From contig DASWGI010000112.1 of assembly GCA_036393835.1 (NCBI GenBank), positions 1-56,254 of the forward strand: a stretch of DNA of 56,254 bases, given 5' to 3'. Position numbers and translations under genes: made by a program. Within the stretch, counting starts at the first letter, position 1. Each line of letters starts with the position of its first letter. The notes below the pieces were generated by a model. It was given only the letters and a program-made list of their open reading frames with translations. It did not search any database and had not been told where the DNA came from. The stretch is from Myxococcales bacterium (GTDB lineage Bacteria; Myxococcota; Myxococcia; Myxococcales; 40CM-4-68-19). This document shows positions 11,894-19,503 of this stretch, in pieces.

Positions 11894-11945
11894 GCACCGC
11901 GGCGCACTTGCCGCACACCGGGCCTTACCGTGCAGAGTTCCAGGC

Positions 11946-12749
11946 ATGGCCTTCCTCCCCGCCCGACCGCTGCAGCTCGATCCGCGCGCGCTCGCCCAGC
12001 GCCGCCTCCGCAACTTCGGGATCACCGCGGTCCTCATCGCCATGGGCGCGGCGTTCTGCGCCGGCTCGGTCATCTCCGCCCGGCAGGTGGTCGAGGAGCG
12101 CGTGCTCTGGGCGCGCGGCACGCAGGGGAAGCTCGTGCACCTCGCCGGCAAGGTGGAGGAGACGCAGAAGCTCGGCCTGACCTTCTTCTACGACTACGAC
12201 CTGGACGTGAAATGGGTGGACGCGCAGGGCCGGCAGCATTCCGGCAAGACGAGCTTCGGGCGCACCTTCCGGGGCGTCGGCAAGCGCGAGGCCCCGCGGC
12301 TCCGCTACGACCCCGCCGCCCCGGAGCGATTCGTCCTCTCCTGGGCGGCGCAAGGCGGGCTGCCCCGCGCCGGCCTCGCCATCGTCTGCGGCCTGCTCGG
12401 CGCGCTGATGCTCGTGTGCGCCCGGACCCTGGCCAGGGTCGAGCGCCGGCGTCTGGAGCTGCTCCGGATGTGCGCCGAGGACGGCGAGGAGGTGGTGGGC
12501 GAGGTGGAGAAAGCCTGGAGCCACAAGGGCGTCCACTACCTGCGCTACCGCCTGCCGGACGACGTGCGGGTGCGCAAGTACCAGGGGGACGCGCCGTTCG
12601 TCTTCGCCCGCGAGGGCGCCCTGCACGTGCTCGCGCTGCGCTCGCCGCGCGCTCCCGACGCCCCCTTGCTGGTCGAGGCGGACCTGCGCTCCTTCGACCT
12701 CCCCGTCGAGGTTCGCGCGCGGGTGCTCTCCGCGGCGGCCGCGGGGTAG
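11946..12749 (+). CDS. two-TM membrane protein, DUF3592-like
   Basis: 267 aa. Two hydrophobic helices (ITAVLIAMGAAFCAGSVI; LAIVCGLLGALMLVCA), each followed by a beta-rich segment. Same strand as the downstream 898-aa gene. Confidence 0.55.
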   Translation: MAFLPARPLQLDPRALAQRRLRNFGITAVLIAMGAAFCAGSVISARQVVEERVLWARGTQGKLVHLAGKVEETQKLGLTFFYDYDLDVKWVDAQGRQHSGKTSFGRTFRGVGKREAPRLRYDPAAPERFVLSWAAQGGLPRAGLAIVCGLLGALMLVCARTLARVERRRLELLRMCAEDGEEVVGEVEKAWSHKGVHYLRYRLPDDVRVRKYQGDAPFVFAREGALHVLALRSPRAPDAPLLVEADLRSFDLPVEVRARVLSAAAAG

Positions 12750-12854
12750 GGGCCCTCCTCACCCACGTCCACCTCCGTCTCCGGTGTAACCGCGCCGGCT
12801 GGACCGCTGAGGTTCAAAGGTTCAGGCGCCGCTTCGTGCTGCTACAGTGACCGG

Positions 12855-15551
12855 GTGGGTTACGCCGACGAGCGCCCGGCGCTGCTCGCGCGCCTGCGGA
12901 AGCACGCTGAGGGCCGCGCCCTGCAGGACGCGCTCCGCCTCGATGGGCGCGCGCTGCGCTTCCACCTCGGCACCTCGCTCGCCGACCTCCGCGTCCCGGT
13001 CGCGCTCGGCGCCGACTTGCGCCGCGCGTTCACGGCGGCGGTACGCGACCTGTACTTCCTGCTCTGCCTGCGCCACCGGGCGTCGCTCAAGGAGAGCGAA
13101 TTCGACCAGCTCCTCCTGCAGGACGGGTTCGATTCCAAGGCCCTGCGGCCGGTGTCCTTCTCTCCGCCGCCGACGGTCACGGGAGAGAACGTGCGCCGGG
13201 CCTTCGCCGAGGCCCCCGAGCTGCACCCCGCGCTGGACGCCGGCGTGCTGGCCTCGTGGATCGCTTCCGGGCGCCCCGGCCGCGTTTGGGTCGGGGTGCT
13301 CAATGCCGTCCTGCGCCGGGCCATGACGGAAGCGGCGGCGAGCGATCGCCACGAGCCCACCGCTTACCTGCTCTTGCTCTCGCTGCGCATCCTGGCCGAC
13401 GAAGCGTACGGCATCCTGCGCGCTGTCCCGCTCGCGCAGGGAATGCACCGCGTCGTCCACGGGGCGGTGGCGACCGGGCTGCTCGTCGCCGCGCGCCTCG
13501 CCGCCCGCGAGGCCCGCGCCTTCGACGCGCCGGGGGGCGTCCTGTCGGAAGCGGCCACGCATGCGCTGAGCTGGATGGGCGGGCTGCGCCACCTGGCCGG
13601 AGGCTCGAGTCACGCGTACGGCGTCGCCTTCGCCGAGCCGGCCGCGCGCATGGACCTGTACGCCCACAAGGTGGTGCAGGGCGCCTCTCCGGAGCAGCTC
13701 GTAAAGGACGTGAATGCCGAGTTGGAGGGCGCGGAGGATGCCTTCCACCGCGCCGAGCGCGCCTTCGCGCTGGCGACCATCCGCTCCGACCTGCTGCACC
13801 TGCTGCGGCTGTCCGAGACGACGCGCACGCCGCCCTTCGGGCTGGACGGCGTGGCGCCGGCGCAGCTCTTCGGATCGCCCGGCGTGCTGGAGCGCGTGCT
13901 CGCCTCCCCGGAGCGCCGCAAGGAGATGCACGCGCGGGCCAAGGCGGCGGCCAAGGCGGCGAGCCAGGACGAGGCGCGCGCCGCGCTGCAATCGCTGTCC
14001 CGCGTCAGCAAGGAATGGCGCGAGGAGGGGTCGTCCGTCTTCGCCGCGGCCGACGTGCGGGAAGGCAACGGGCGGGCGGTGGTCGCGCTGGCCGTGGACG
14101 CCGCGCTGGAGAAGCTGCTCGACCAGGCCGAGCTGTCGCTCCTGCACCGCTCCGGGCAGGAGAGCGCCGACGGCATCGAAGCCGAGCACGAGCGGGGCCG
14201 GCTCTACCTGGTCCGCGCCGAGGAGCGGCCGATCCTGCGGGCCAGGGCCCAGGCGCTGCAGATGGGGCATCTCTTCTGCGACGTGAAGGACTTCACCCGC
14301 CGGACGGCCTTCCTCAAGGAAGCGGTGGTCGCCGACTTCCTCTCGCGCGAGTTCTACACGCCGATCCTCACCGCGGCGGCGCGCCATCACCACGGAGCGG
14401 GTCACCTCCACGACAAGGGCGGCATCTACCTCAACAACCTGCTCGGCGACGCCGTCAGCTTCTCGGGCGACGTGGCCGCGCTGGTGGCACTGGCGCACGA
14501 CATCCGCCGGGCGCTGAACAGCTACTCCAAGCGGCTCGACAGCGAGAGCAGCTCCGAGGCGGTGGCGAGGAGCATCGCCTCCATCGAGCAGCGCGCGGCC
14601 GCTCGCCGAGCCGAGTTGGAGCAGCAGATGGCCGAGGCCGATGCGGAGCTGCGCCAGGGCCTCGCGGACAAGACCCGCGATGAGCCCCGCGCGCGCCTCT
14701 CGCGGCTCCACCTGGAGCTGTCCCGCCTCGAGGAGGAGCGCCAGTCGGAAATCGCCCTCGCCGCGGGCGAGAAGCTGGAGGCGGGCATCTTCATCTCCTA
14801 CGGCGCCGCGCCGGAAGTGGCCACCTTCGAGGACCACGTGTTCGGCTCCATCAAGGTGGCGATCGCGGAGAAGATCAACGAAAGCGCCCGCGGCACCGCG
14901 CGCAACGGCGGCGTGCGCGCGCGCATCGACAGCCTGGTCAGGCAGGTGCGCTCTTCGCACGGCCGCGCCGACCTGTCTTGTCCATTCTCCGTGTTCGTCT
15001 CGCAGCCGCTGGTCATCCCCGTGCCCCCGGAGGCCGAGCTCGCGGTGCGCGGGTGCCTGGAGGACGGCGACCTGGGCGGGGCGGAGCTCATGCTGCAGGA
15101 ATCCGTCCGCCAGTTCGTCGCCCGTCTCTCGCAGGACACCGGGATCGCGGGCGGAGGCGACATCTACAACGGCGGCGCGGCGCTCTCCGAGGAGGCGTTG
15201 CGCGCGTACGTCCGGGCGCGCGGAGGCGAGCTGACGTTCCTGCGCCGCCGCCTCCCGGTGGCTTCGCTGCACGCCTCGATCACCGAGCGGTTCGTCTTCC
15301 CCATGCAGACCCTGCGGCTGGTCGCGGCGGTGGCGCCCGACGGGCAGAGCCTGCACGAGCTGTACGTCCACGTCGGGCGCGCGCTCTTCAAGGGCTTCGA
15401 GAAGACCGGCGGCCTCGGCGTCTACGAGATGGTGCCGCCCTCCTCCGGGCTGTTCTCCCTGCTCGCCCAGCACCACCTGCCCGGGTGGCTGCTCGAGCAC
15501 GAACAGGGCAAGGACGAGGAGGAGCCGAGGCCGGAGGCCGCGGGAGCATGA
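12855..15551 (+). CDS. large orphan protein with divergent, split class-III nucleotidyl-cyclase-like palm domain
   Basis: 898 aa from GTG 12855. Motifs in order: LFCD(476)VKDFT, LLGD(532)AVSFSG, then GIFISYG...FGSIKVAIAEKINESARG. They are separated by an approximately 85-aa coiled-coil-like insert. The antisense 892-aa ORF is low-complexity. Confidence 0.7.
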   Translation: MGYADERPALLARLRKHAEGRALQDALRLDGRALRFHLGTSLADLRVPVALGADLRRAFTAAVRDLYFLLCLRHRASLKESEFDQLLLQDGFDSKALRPVSFSPPPTVTGENVRRAFAEAPELHPALDAGVLASWIASGRPGRVWVGVLNAVLRRAMTEAAASDRHEPTAYLLLLSLRILADEAYGILRAVPLAQGMHRVVHGAVATGLLVAARLAAREARAFDAPGGVLSEAATHALSWMGGLRHLAGGSSHAYGVAFAEPAARMDLYAHKVVQGASPEQLVKDVNAELEGAEDAFHRAERAFALATIRSDLLHLLRLSETTRTPPFGLDGVAPAQLFGSPGVLERVLASPERRKEMHARAKAAAKAASQDEARAALQSLSRVSKEWREEGSSVFAAADVREGNGRAVVALAVDAALEKLLDQAELSLLHRSGQESADGIEAEHERGRLYLVRAEERPILRARAQALQMGHLFCDVKDFTRRTAFLKEAVVADFLSREFYTPILTAAARHHHGAGHLHDKGGIYLNNLLGDAVSFSGDVAALVALAHDIRRALNSYSKRLDSESSSEAVARSIASIEQRAAARRAELEQQMAEADAELRQGLADKTRDEPRARLSRLHLELSRLEEERQSEIALAAGEKLEAGIFISYGAAPEVATFEDHVFGSIKVAIAEKINESARGTARNGGVRARIDSLVRQVRSSHGRADLSCPFSVFVSQPLVIPVPPEAELAVRGCLEDGDLGGAELMLQESVRQFVARLSQDTGIAGGGDIYNGGAALSEEALRAYVRARGGELTFLRRRLPVASLHASITERFVFPMQTLRLVAAVAPDGQSLHELYVHVGRALFKGFEKTGGLGVYEMVPPSSGLFSLLAQHHLPGWLLEHEQGKDEEEPRPEAAGA

Positions 15552-15703
15552 GCGACCAGAAGCAGGTGCAGCAGTTCCCGCCGCCCGAGCCGGAGCCGCC
15601 CGAGCCGAGCTTCAAGCATTACCTGCTCGGCTGGGGCGCCATCTTCCTCGCGCTGGTCGCGCTGGGCGTGCTGCTGGGCGTCCTGATGCGCGTGCTCCGT
15701 TAG
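15548..15703 (+). CDS. 51-aa single-TM micro-protein translationally coupled to the cyclase-like gene
   Basis: ATGA start/stop overlap at 15548-15551, with GGAGG 10 nt upstream. Sequence is MSDQKQVQQFPPPEPEPPEPSFKHYLLGWGAIFLALVALGVLLGVLMRVLR. Confidence 0.5.
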   Translation: MSDQKQVQQFPPPEPEPPEPSFKHYLLGWGAIFLALVALGVLLGVLMRVLR

Positions 15704-17499
15704 TCCAGCTGGAAGGTCTGGAACACGCCCTTCTCGTCCAGCATGGTGCCCCAGACCTTGTGCGAGGCTTGGTGCTCGCTCATGCCGAAGCTGAGCGAAG
15801 CGCCGGTGCCCAGGTCGAGGCCGCGGATGCTCTCCAGCGCGTCGATGACCTTCTCGGTCTCGAGCGCCTGGGCGCGCTTGAGGCCCTCCACCAGCAGGGT
15901 GCCGGCGAGGTAGCCCTCCAGCGAGACGAAGTCCGGCTTCTCGCCCGGCGCGTACTTGCGCAGCGCCTCCTGGTACTTCAACACCGCGGTGGCGCTCGAC
16001 TGGGGCAGCGGGACGACCTGGGTCACCATCACGCCCTGGGCGAACCTCGGGCCCAGCGCGGCCAACTCCTCGGCGAGCGCGTTCGAGCCGACGAAGGAGA
16101 CGTTGGTGAAGATGATGTCCGACCCCTTCTCCCGCATCTTCTCGACCAGCCTGGCGGCGGCCTTGTACGTGGGGACGCACACCACGGCGCGCACGTTGGA
16201 GTGCTTCCCGAGCTCGGTGACCGCTTCCGAGACGTCGGATGTGTTGCGCTGGTAACCGAGGCGCAGGATCTTGGACGGGTCGCGGCCGTAGCGGCGCATC
16301 GCGCGCGCCACGCCCTCGAAGCCCGCGTCCCCGTAGGAGTCCTGCTGCGCGAAGACGGCGATGTCCGCCGGCTTGATGCGCTTCACGTCGACCAGGTGCT
16401 TGACGATCGCCGCGGTCTCCTCGGCGTAGCTGGCGCGGTAGTTGAACACGTAGCGGTCGGGCGGATCCTTGCGGAGCAGGGGCGCGCCGGTGAACGGACC
16501 GAAGAAGAGCATCTTGTGCTCCACCGCGTACGGGACGGCCACGGCGGCCGTGGGAGTGCCCACGTTGCCGATGAAGCCGAACACCCGCCGCTGCTCCCTC
16601 AGCTCCTTCATCACGACGACCGTGCGGGTCGGCTCGTAGCCGTCGTCGAGCGCGATCAGCTGCAGCCTGCGCCCTTGCACGCCGCCGGCCTCGTTGGCGG
16701 CCGCGAACGCGACCTCCACGCCCGTCTTCATCATCCGGCCCAGCTCCTTGGCGGGGCCGGTGAGCGGCGAGGCCATGCCGAACAGCAGGTCGCCCTGCGC
16801 CACCGGCGCGGGCTGCGCCGAGGGCTGCACCACCGACGCGACCTTCACGCCGTCCTTCGCGCCGCCGATTCCCATCGGCCCTTCGCCCGACCAGTGAGAG
16901 CGCAGCAGGAGCACGCCGGGACCGCCCAGCGCCAGCGCGGCGACCACGCCGAGGAGCAGCGCCCCGCGGTGGTTCTTGGCGGGCGCCACCATCGGCGGCG
17001 GGGGTGGCATCGGCACCCGCCCGGTGGGGGGGCGCATCGGCCCCGGAGTCGGGCGGGCCGGAGTGGGCTTGCGATCCGAAGTCACGACTGCCTCCTTGTC
17101 GAGGCCGGCGAGCACGTCTTCCACGTCGCGGTTGGCCTCGTCCTCGCGCCAGGCTTCCTCGAGCAGCACCTTGGTCCAGGGCTCATGGATCGCGCGGGCG
17201 GGGCAGACCGCGTTCTTGTCCACGCGGAAGGTCCCGTCGCGCAGCCTCATGGCCGTACGAATCGCGTCGAGGCCGCGGTGGTTGCCCAGGTGCGCGTCGA
17301 CCACGTCCCCGTTCTCGATGAAGAACGTGCCCTCGCCTCGCGAGGTCCGCACCACGAGCGCGACGGTCTCCCGGCGCTGGCAATAGAACTGCACCAGGTC
17401 GGTGAACGGCGTTTCGCTCAAGTCTCCGGTCAAGGCCACGGCGGCTTCTCCCCTGGGCGACCAGAGTAGCGCGCCTTGTAAAAAATCCCAAAATTTCAC
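15700..17499 (-). CDS. DUF4388 domain - Pro-rich linker - TM - type-I periplasmic binding (LivK/Peripla_BP_6-like) fusion protein
   Basis: 599 aa from GTG 17499. N-terminal LTGDLSETPFTDLVQFYCQ...GTFFIENGDVVDA (DUF4388). TM segment ALLLGVVAALALGGPGVLLL. C-terminal PBP motifs. Confidence 0.85.
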   Translation of the reverse strand: MKFWDFLQGALLWSPRGEAAVALTGDLSETPFTDLVQFYCQRRETVALVVRTSRGEGTFFIENGDVVDAHLGNHRGLDAIRTAMRLRDGTFRVDKNAVCPARAIHEPWTKVLLEEAWREDEANRDVEDVLAGLDKEAVVTSDRKPTPARPTPGPMRPPTGRVPMPPPPPMVAPAKNHRGALLLGVVAALALGGPGVLLLRSHWSGEGPMGIGGAKDGVKVASVVQPSAQPAPVAQGDLLFGMASPLTGPAKELGRMMKTGVEVAFAAANEAGGVQGRRLQLIALDDGYEPTRTVVVMKELREQRRVFGFIGNVGTPTAAVAVPYAVEHKMLFFGPFTGAPLLRKDPPDRYVFNYRASYAEETAAIVKHLVDVKRIKPADIAVFAQQDSYGDAGFEGVARAMRRYGRDPSKILRLGYQRNTSDVSEAVTELGKHSNVRAVVCVPTYKAAARLVEKMREKGSDIIFTNVSFVGSNALAEELAALGPRFAQGVMVTQVVPLPQSSATAVLKYQEALRKYAPGEKPDFVSLEGYLAGTLLVEGLKRAQALETEKVIDALESIRGLDLGTGASLSFGMSEHQASHKVWGTMLDEKGVFQTFQLD

Positions 17500-17687
17500 C
17501 GCATTAGCTCACATCCGCCCACCGTGGAGTGGCGGGTGGGGTGGGCTCCGCCCGCCTTCGGATTCGCCCGTTCTCCAGCGGCAGTCGCCTGCGCCGGCCG
17601 GCCACTTGTTTGTAAAATATCAGTGCAACTGAATACGCCGCGAGACCGCTCGCAAGCTCCGGCGCGCGAAATCCGGCGTGACGCGGG

Positions 17688-18416
17688 TCACTGGTCCTCG
17701 ACCAGCCGGAGGTGCGCTTCCGCCAGCGCCCGGGAGGCCGCCGCGAAGATGCGGTCGCCGGCGGACGCCGACGCGAGCGACGGGTCCGAGCCCACGTGCC
17801 CGTCGGGATACCGGCGGCGGAAGTCCTGCGCGCCCCACGCCACCATCTGCTGCACGGCCTCGAACCGTTCCATCGGCGGGAGCTCGAGCACCGCCCGCGG
17901 GTAGAAGCGCCGGACCACCGACAGCTCGGCGGGAGTCGCGTGGTGCCCCTCGCGCGCGCCGAAGAGCTCGAGGACGAGCGACTGCACCTCGGGCAGCTCC
18001 CACCAGGAGACCAGGAGGCAGCGTGAATCGGGCAGCTCCGCGTGGGCCTGCGCGCAGGCAGCCTGCAGCGCTCCGGCCGACCCGGGGTGCGCGTTGACCA
18101 GGAGGAAGCGGCGGAACCCCTGCGCGTGCAGGGCGTGCAGCGCGTCGCCCACCAGTGCGAGCAGCGTGGACGGCTGCACCGCGATGGTCCCCGGGAACGC
18201 GGAGTGGACCGCGGAGACGCCGAACGGGATGGCCGGGGCCACCATGGCGCGCCGGTCCTCGCCCAGCTCCTGCGCTAGCTCCTCGGCCACGATCAGGTCG
18301 CTGCCCAGAGGGCCCGAGGGACCGTGCTGCTCGGTGGAGCCGACCGGCACCACCACGTCGTCGCGCCGGGCGAGGTACTCCTCCACGTCCTGCCAGATGG
18401 CCAGCTTGAGCAGCAC
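17688..18416 (-). CDS. creatininase-family amidohydrolase
   Basis: 242 aa from GTG 18416. VVVPVGSTEQHGP...LLVNAHPGS...GHHATPAELS are creatininase-fold metal-ligand motifs. Confidence 0.85.
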   Translation of the reverse strand: MLLKLAIWQDVEEYLARRDDVVVPVGSTEQHGPSGPLGSDLIVAEELAQELGEDRRAMVAPAIPFGVSAVHSAFPGTIAVQPSTLLALVGDALHALHAQGFRRFLLVNAHPGSAGALQAACAQAHAELPDSRCLLVSWWELPEVQSLVLELFGAREGHHATPAELSVVRRFYPRAVLELPPMERFEAVQQMVAWGAQDFRRRYPDGHVGSDPSLASASAGDRIFAAASRALAEAHLRLVEDQ

Positions 18417-18465
18417 CCTTCCAGTCTACCCGCCCCTGGAATCGCCACACCAGCCGCTGAACTAC

Positions 18466-18559
18466 GTTTCATGGGAGCGCGGGAGATTCGGAAGCGCGGG
18501 AGGAGTCCTTGGGAAAAACAGACTCCCGCGCTCCCGTTCCTCCCGCGCTCCCCTGAAAC
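18466..18559. repeat. 94-nt long imperfect hairpin built from four copies of AGCGCGGGAG (two direct, two inverted)
   Basis: GTTTCA-t-GGGAGCGCGGGAG...AGCGCGGGaGGAGTC-loop-GACTCCCGCGCT...CTCCCGCGCTCCC-c-TGAAAC. It lies between the znuA-like stop and the creatininase start. Confidence 0.8.
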
Positions 18560-18568
18560 ACTTCTAGC

Positions 18569-19468
18569 CTAGATCGCGGAGGAGAGTTGCTTGAGGATGG
18601 TTTCGACCAGGATGAACCAGTCCTTGATCTGGGGCTTGGCGCCGACGTCGGTGGGCAGGTCGAGCAGCTTCGCGCTGCCCTTCTCGGCGACGAGGCGCGC
18701 GGTGTTCAGGTTGTAGAAGTCCTCGACCAGCACCAGCTGCACGTGCTCGGCGCGCATCGCCTGGATCAAGCGGAAGAGATGGTCGGGGTCGGGCGGGATG
18801 CCCGGCTTGGGTTCCAGGTAGCCGATCTCCTGGAGCCCGAGCCACTGCGACATGTACGTCCAGCTCTTGTGATACGTGACGACCTTCGCGCCGCGCACCT
18901 TGTCGACCATCGGCTGCCACTTCTTCACCGCCGCGTCGACCCTGGCGTTGAACGCCGCCAGGTTCTTCTGGTAGGTCGCCGCGCCTCCGGGGTCGATCTG
19001 CGAGAGCCGCAGGGCGATCTCGCGCGCGATGATCCTCGCGTTCGACGGCGGGAGCCAGTAGTGGGGGTTCCCCTGCGGGTGGATGTCGCCCATCGAGCGG
19101 TCCACCTTGGTGGTGGGCACGTCGAGAACGGGGATGGCGCGCGAGCAGTCGAGGTTGCCCAGCTCGCCGGTCTGGATCTTCGGGTTGCGCGAGCCGAGCA
19201 CCAGGGGCGGCAGCCAGCCGATCTCCAGCTCCAGGCCGACGTACAGCAGCAGGTCGGCGCGGTTCAGGAGCAGCATCAGGCTGGGCTTCGGCTCGACGAA
19301 GTGCGGATCCTGGTAGCCCTTGGCGAGGGACTCGACCTCGACGCGATCGCCCCCCACTTCCTTGGCGAGCGAGCCCAGCGTCGGGATGGAGGACACGACG
19401 CGCAGCGCGGCGGCGGCGGGGCGCGGTACGCACAGCGCCAGCGCGGCGAGCAGGGCGAATCGTCTCAT
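18569..19468 (-). CDS. metal (Zn/Mn-type, cluster A-I) ABC transporter substrate-binding protein
   Basis: 299 aa from ATG 19468 (GTG 19474 is also possible). Signal peptide. ZnuA/TroA motifs DPHFVEPKPS, DIHPQGNPHYW, VTYHKSW. Confidence 0.85.
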   Translation of the reverse strand: MRRFALLAALALCVPRPAAAALRVVSSIPTLGSLAKEVGGDRVEVESLAKGYQDPHFVEPKPSLMLLLNRADLLLYVGLELEIGWLPPLVLGSRNPKIQTGELGNLDCSRAIPVLDVPTTKVDRSMGDIHPQGNPHYWLPPSNARIIAREIALRLSQIDPGGAATYQKNLAAFNARVDAAVKKWQPMVDKVRGAKVVTYHKSWTYMSQWLGLQEIGYLEPKPGIPPDPDHLFRLIQAMRAEHVQLVLVEDFYNLNTARLVAEKGSAKLLDLPTDVGAKPQIKDWFILVETILKQLSSAI

Positions 19469-19503
19469 GGCCACCTCTTCGACTCTCCTCTGCGCTCGAA
19501 TCT

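Noticed and set aside
12822-15500. 892-aa minus-strand ORF antisense to the cyclase-like gene.
   Set aside because: It is dominated by R/G/L/E/A runs with no motifs. The plus-strand frame has a balanced composition, an ordered motif set and an ATGA-coupled downstream ORF.
12855-15703. Naming the cyclase-like gene plus micropeptide as a Pycsar/CBASS-type defence system.
   Set aside because: No recognisable effector domain (cNMP-binding, TIR, patatin, endonuclease or multi-TM pore) is present. There is no mobile or defence-island context, and the neighbours are housekeeping. It is kept only as an unclassified candidate signalling pair.
17466-17640. Two unusually AT-rich patches (TTGTAAAAAATCCCAAAATTT; TTGTTTGTAAAATATCAGTGCAAC), considered as sigma-70 or sigma-54 promoters for the DUF4388 gene.
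   Set aside because: The first patch is simply the 5' coding sequence (VKFWDFLQ). The second lacks correctly spaced -35/-10 or -24/-12 elements on the relevant strand.
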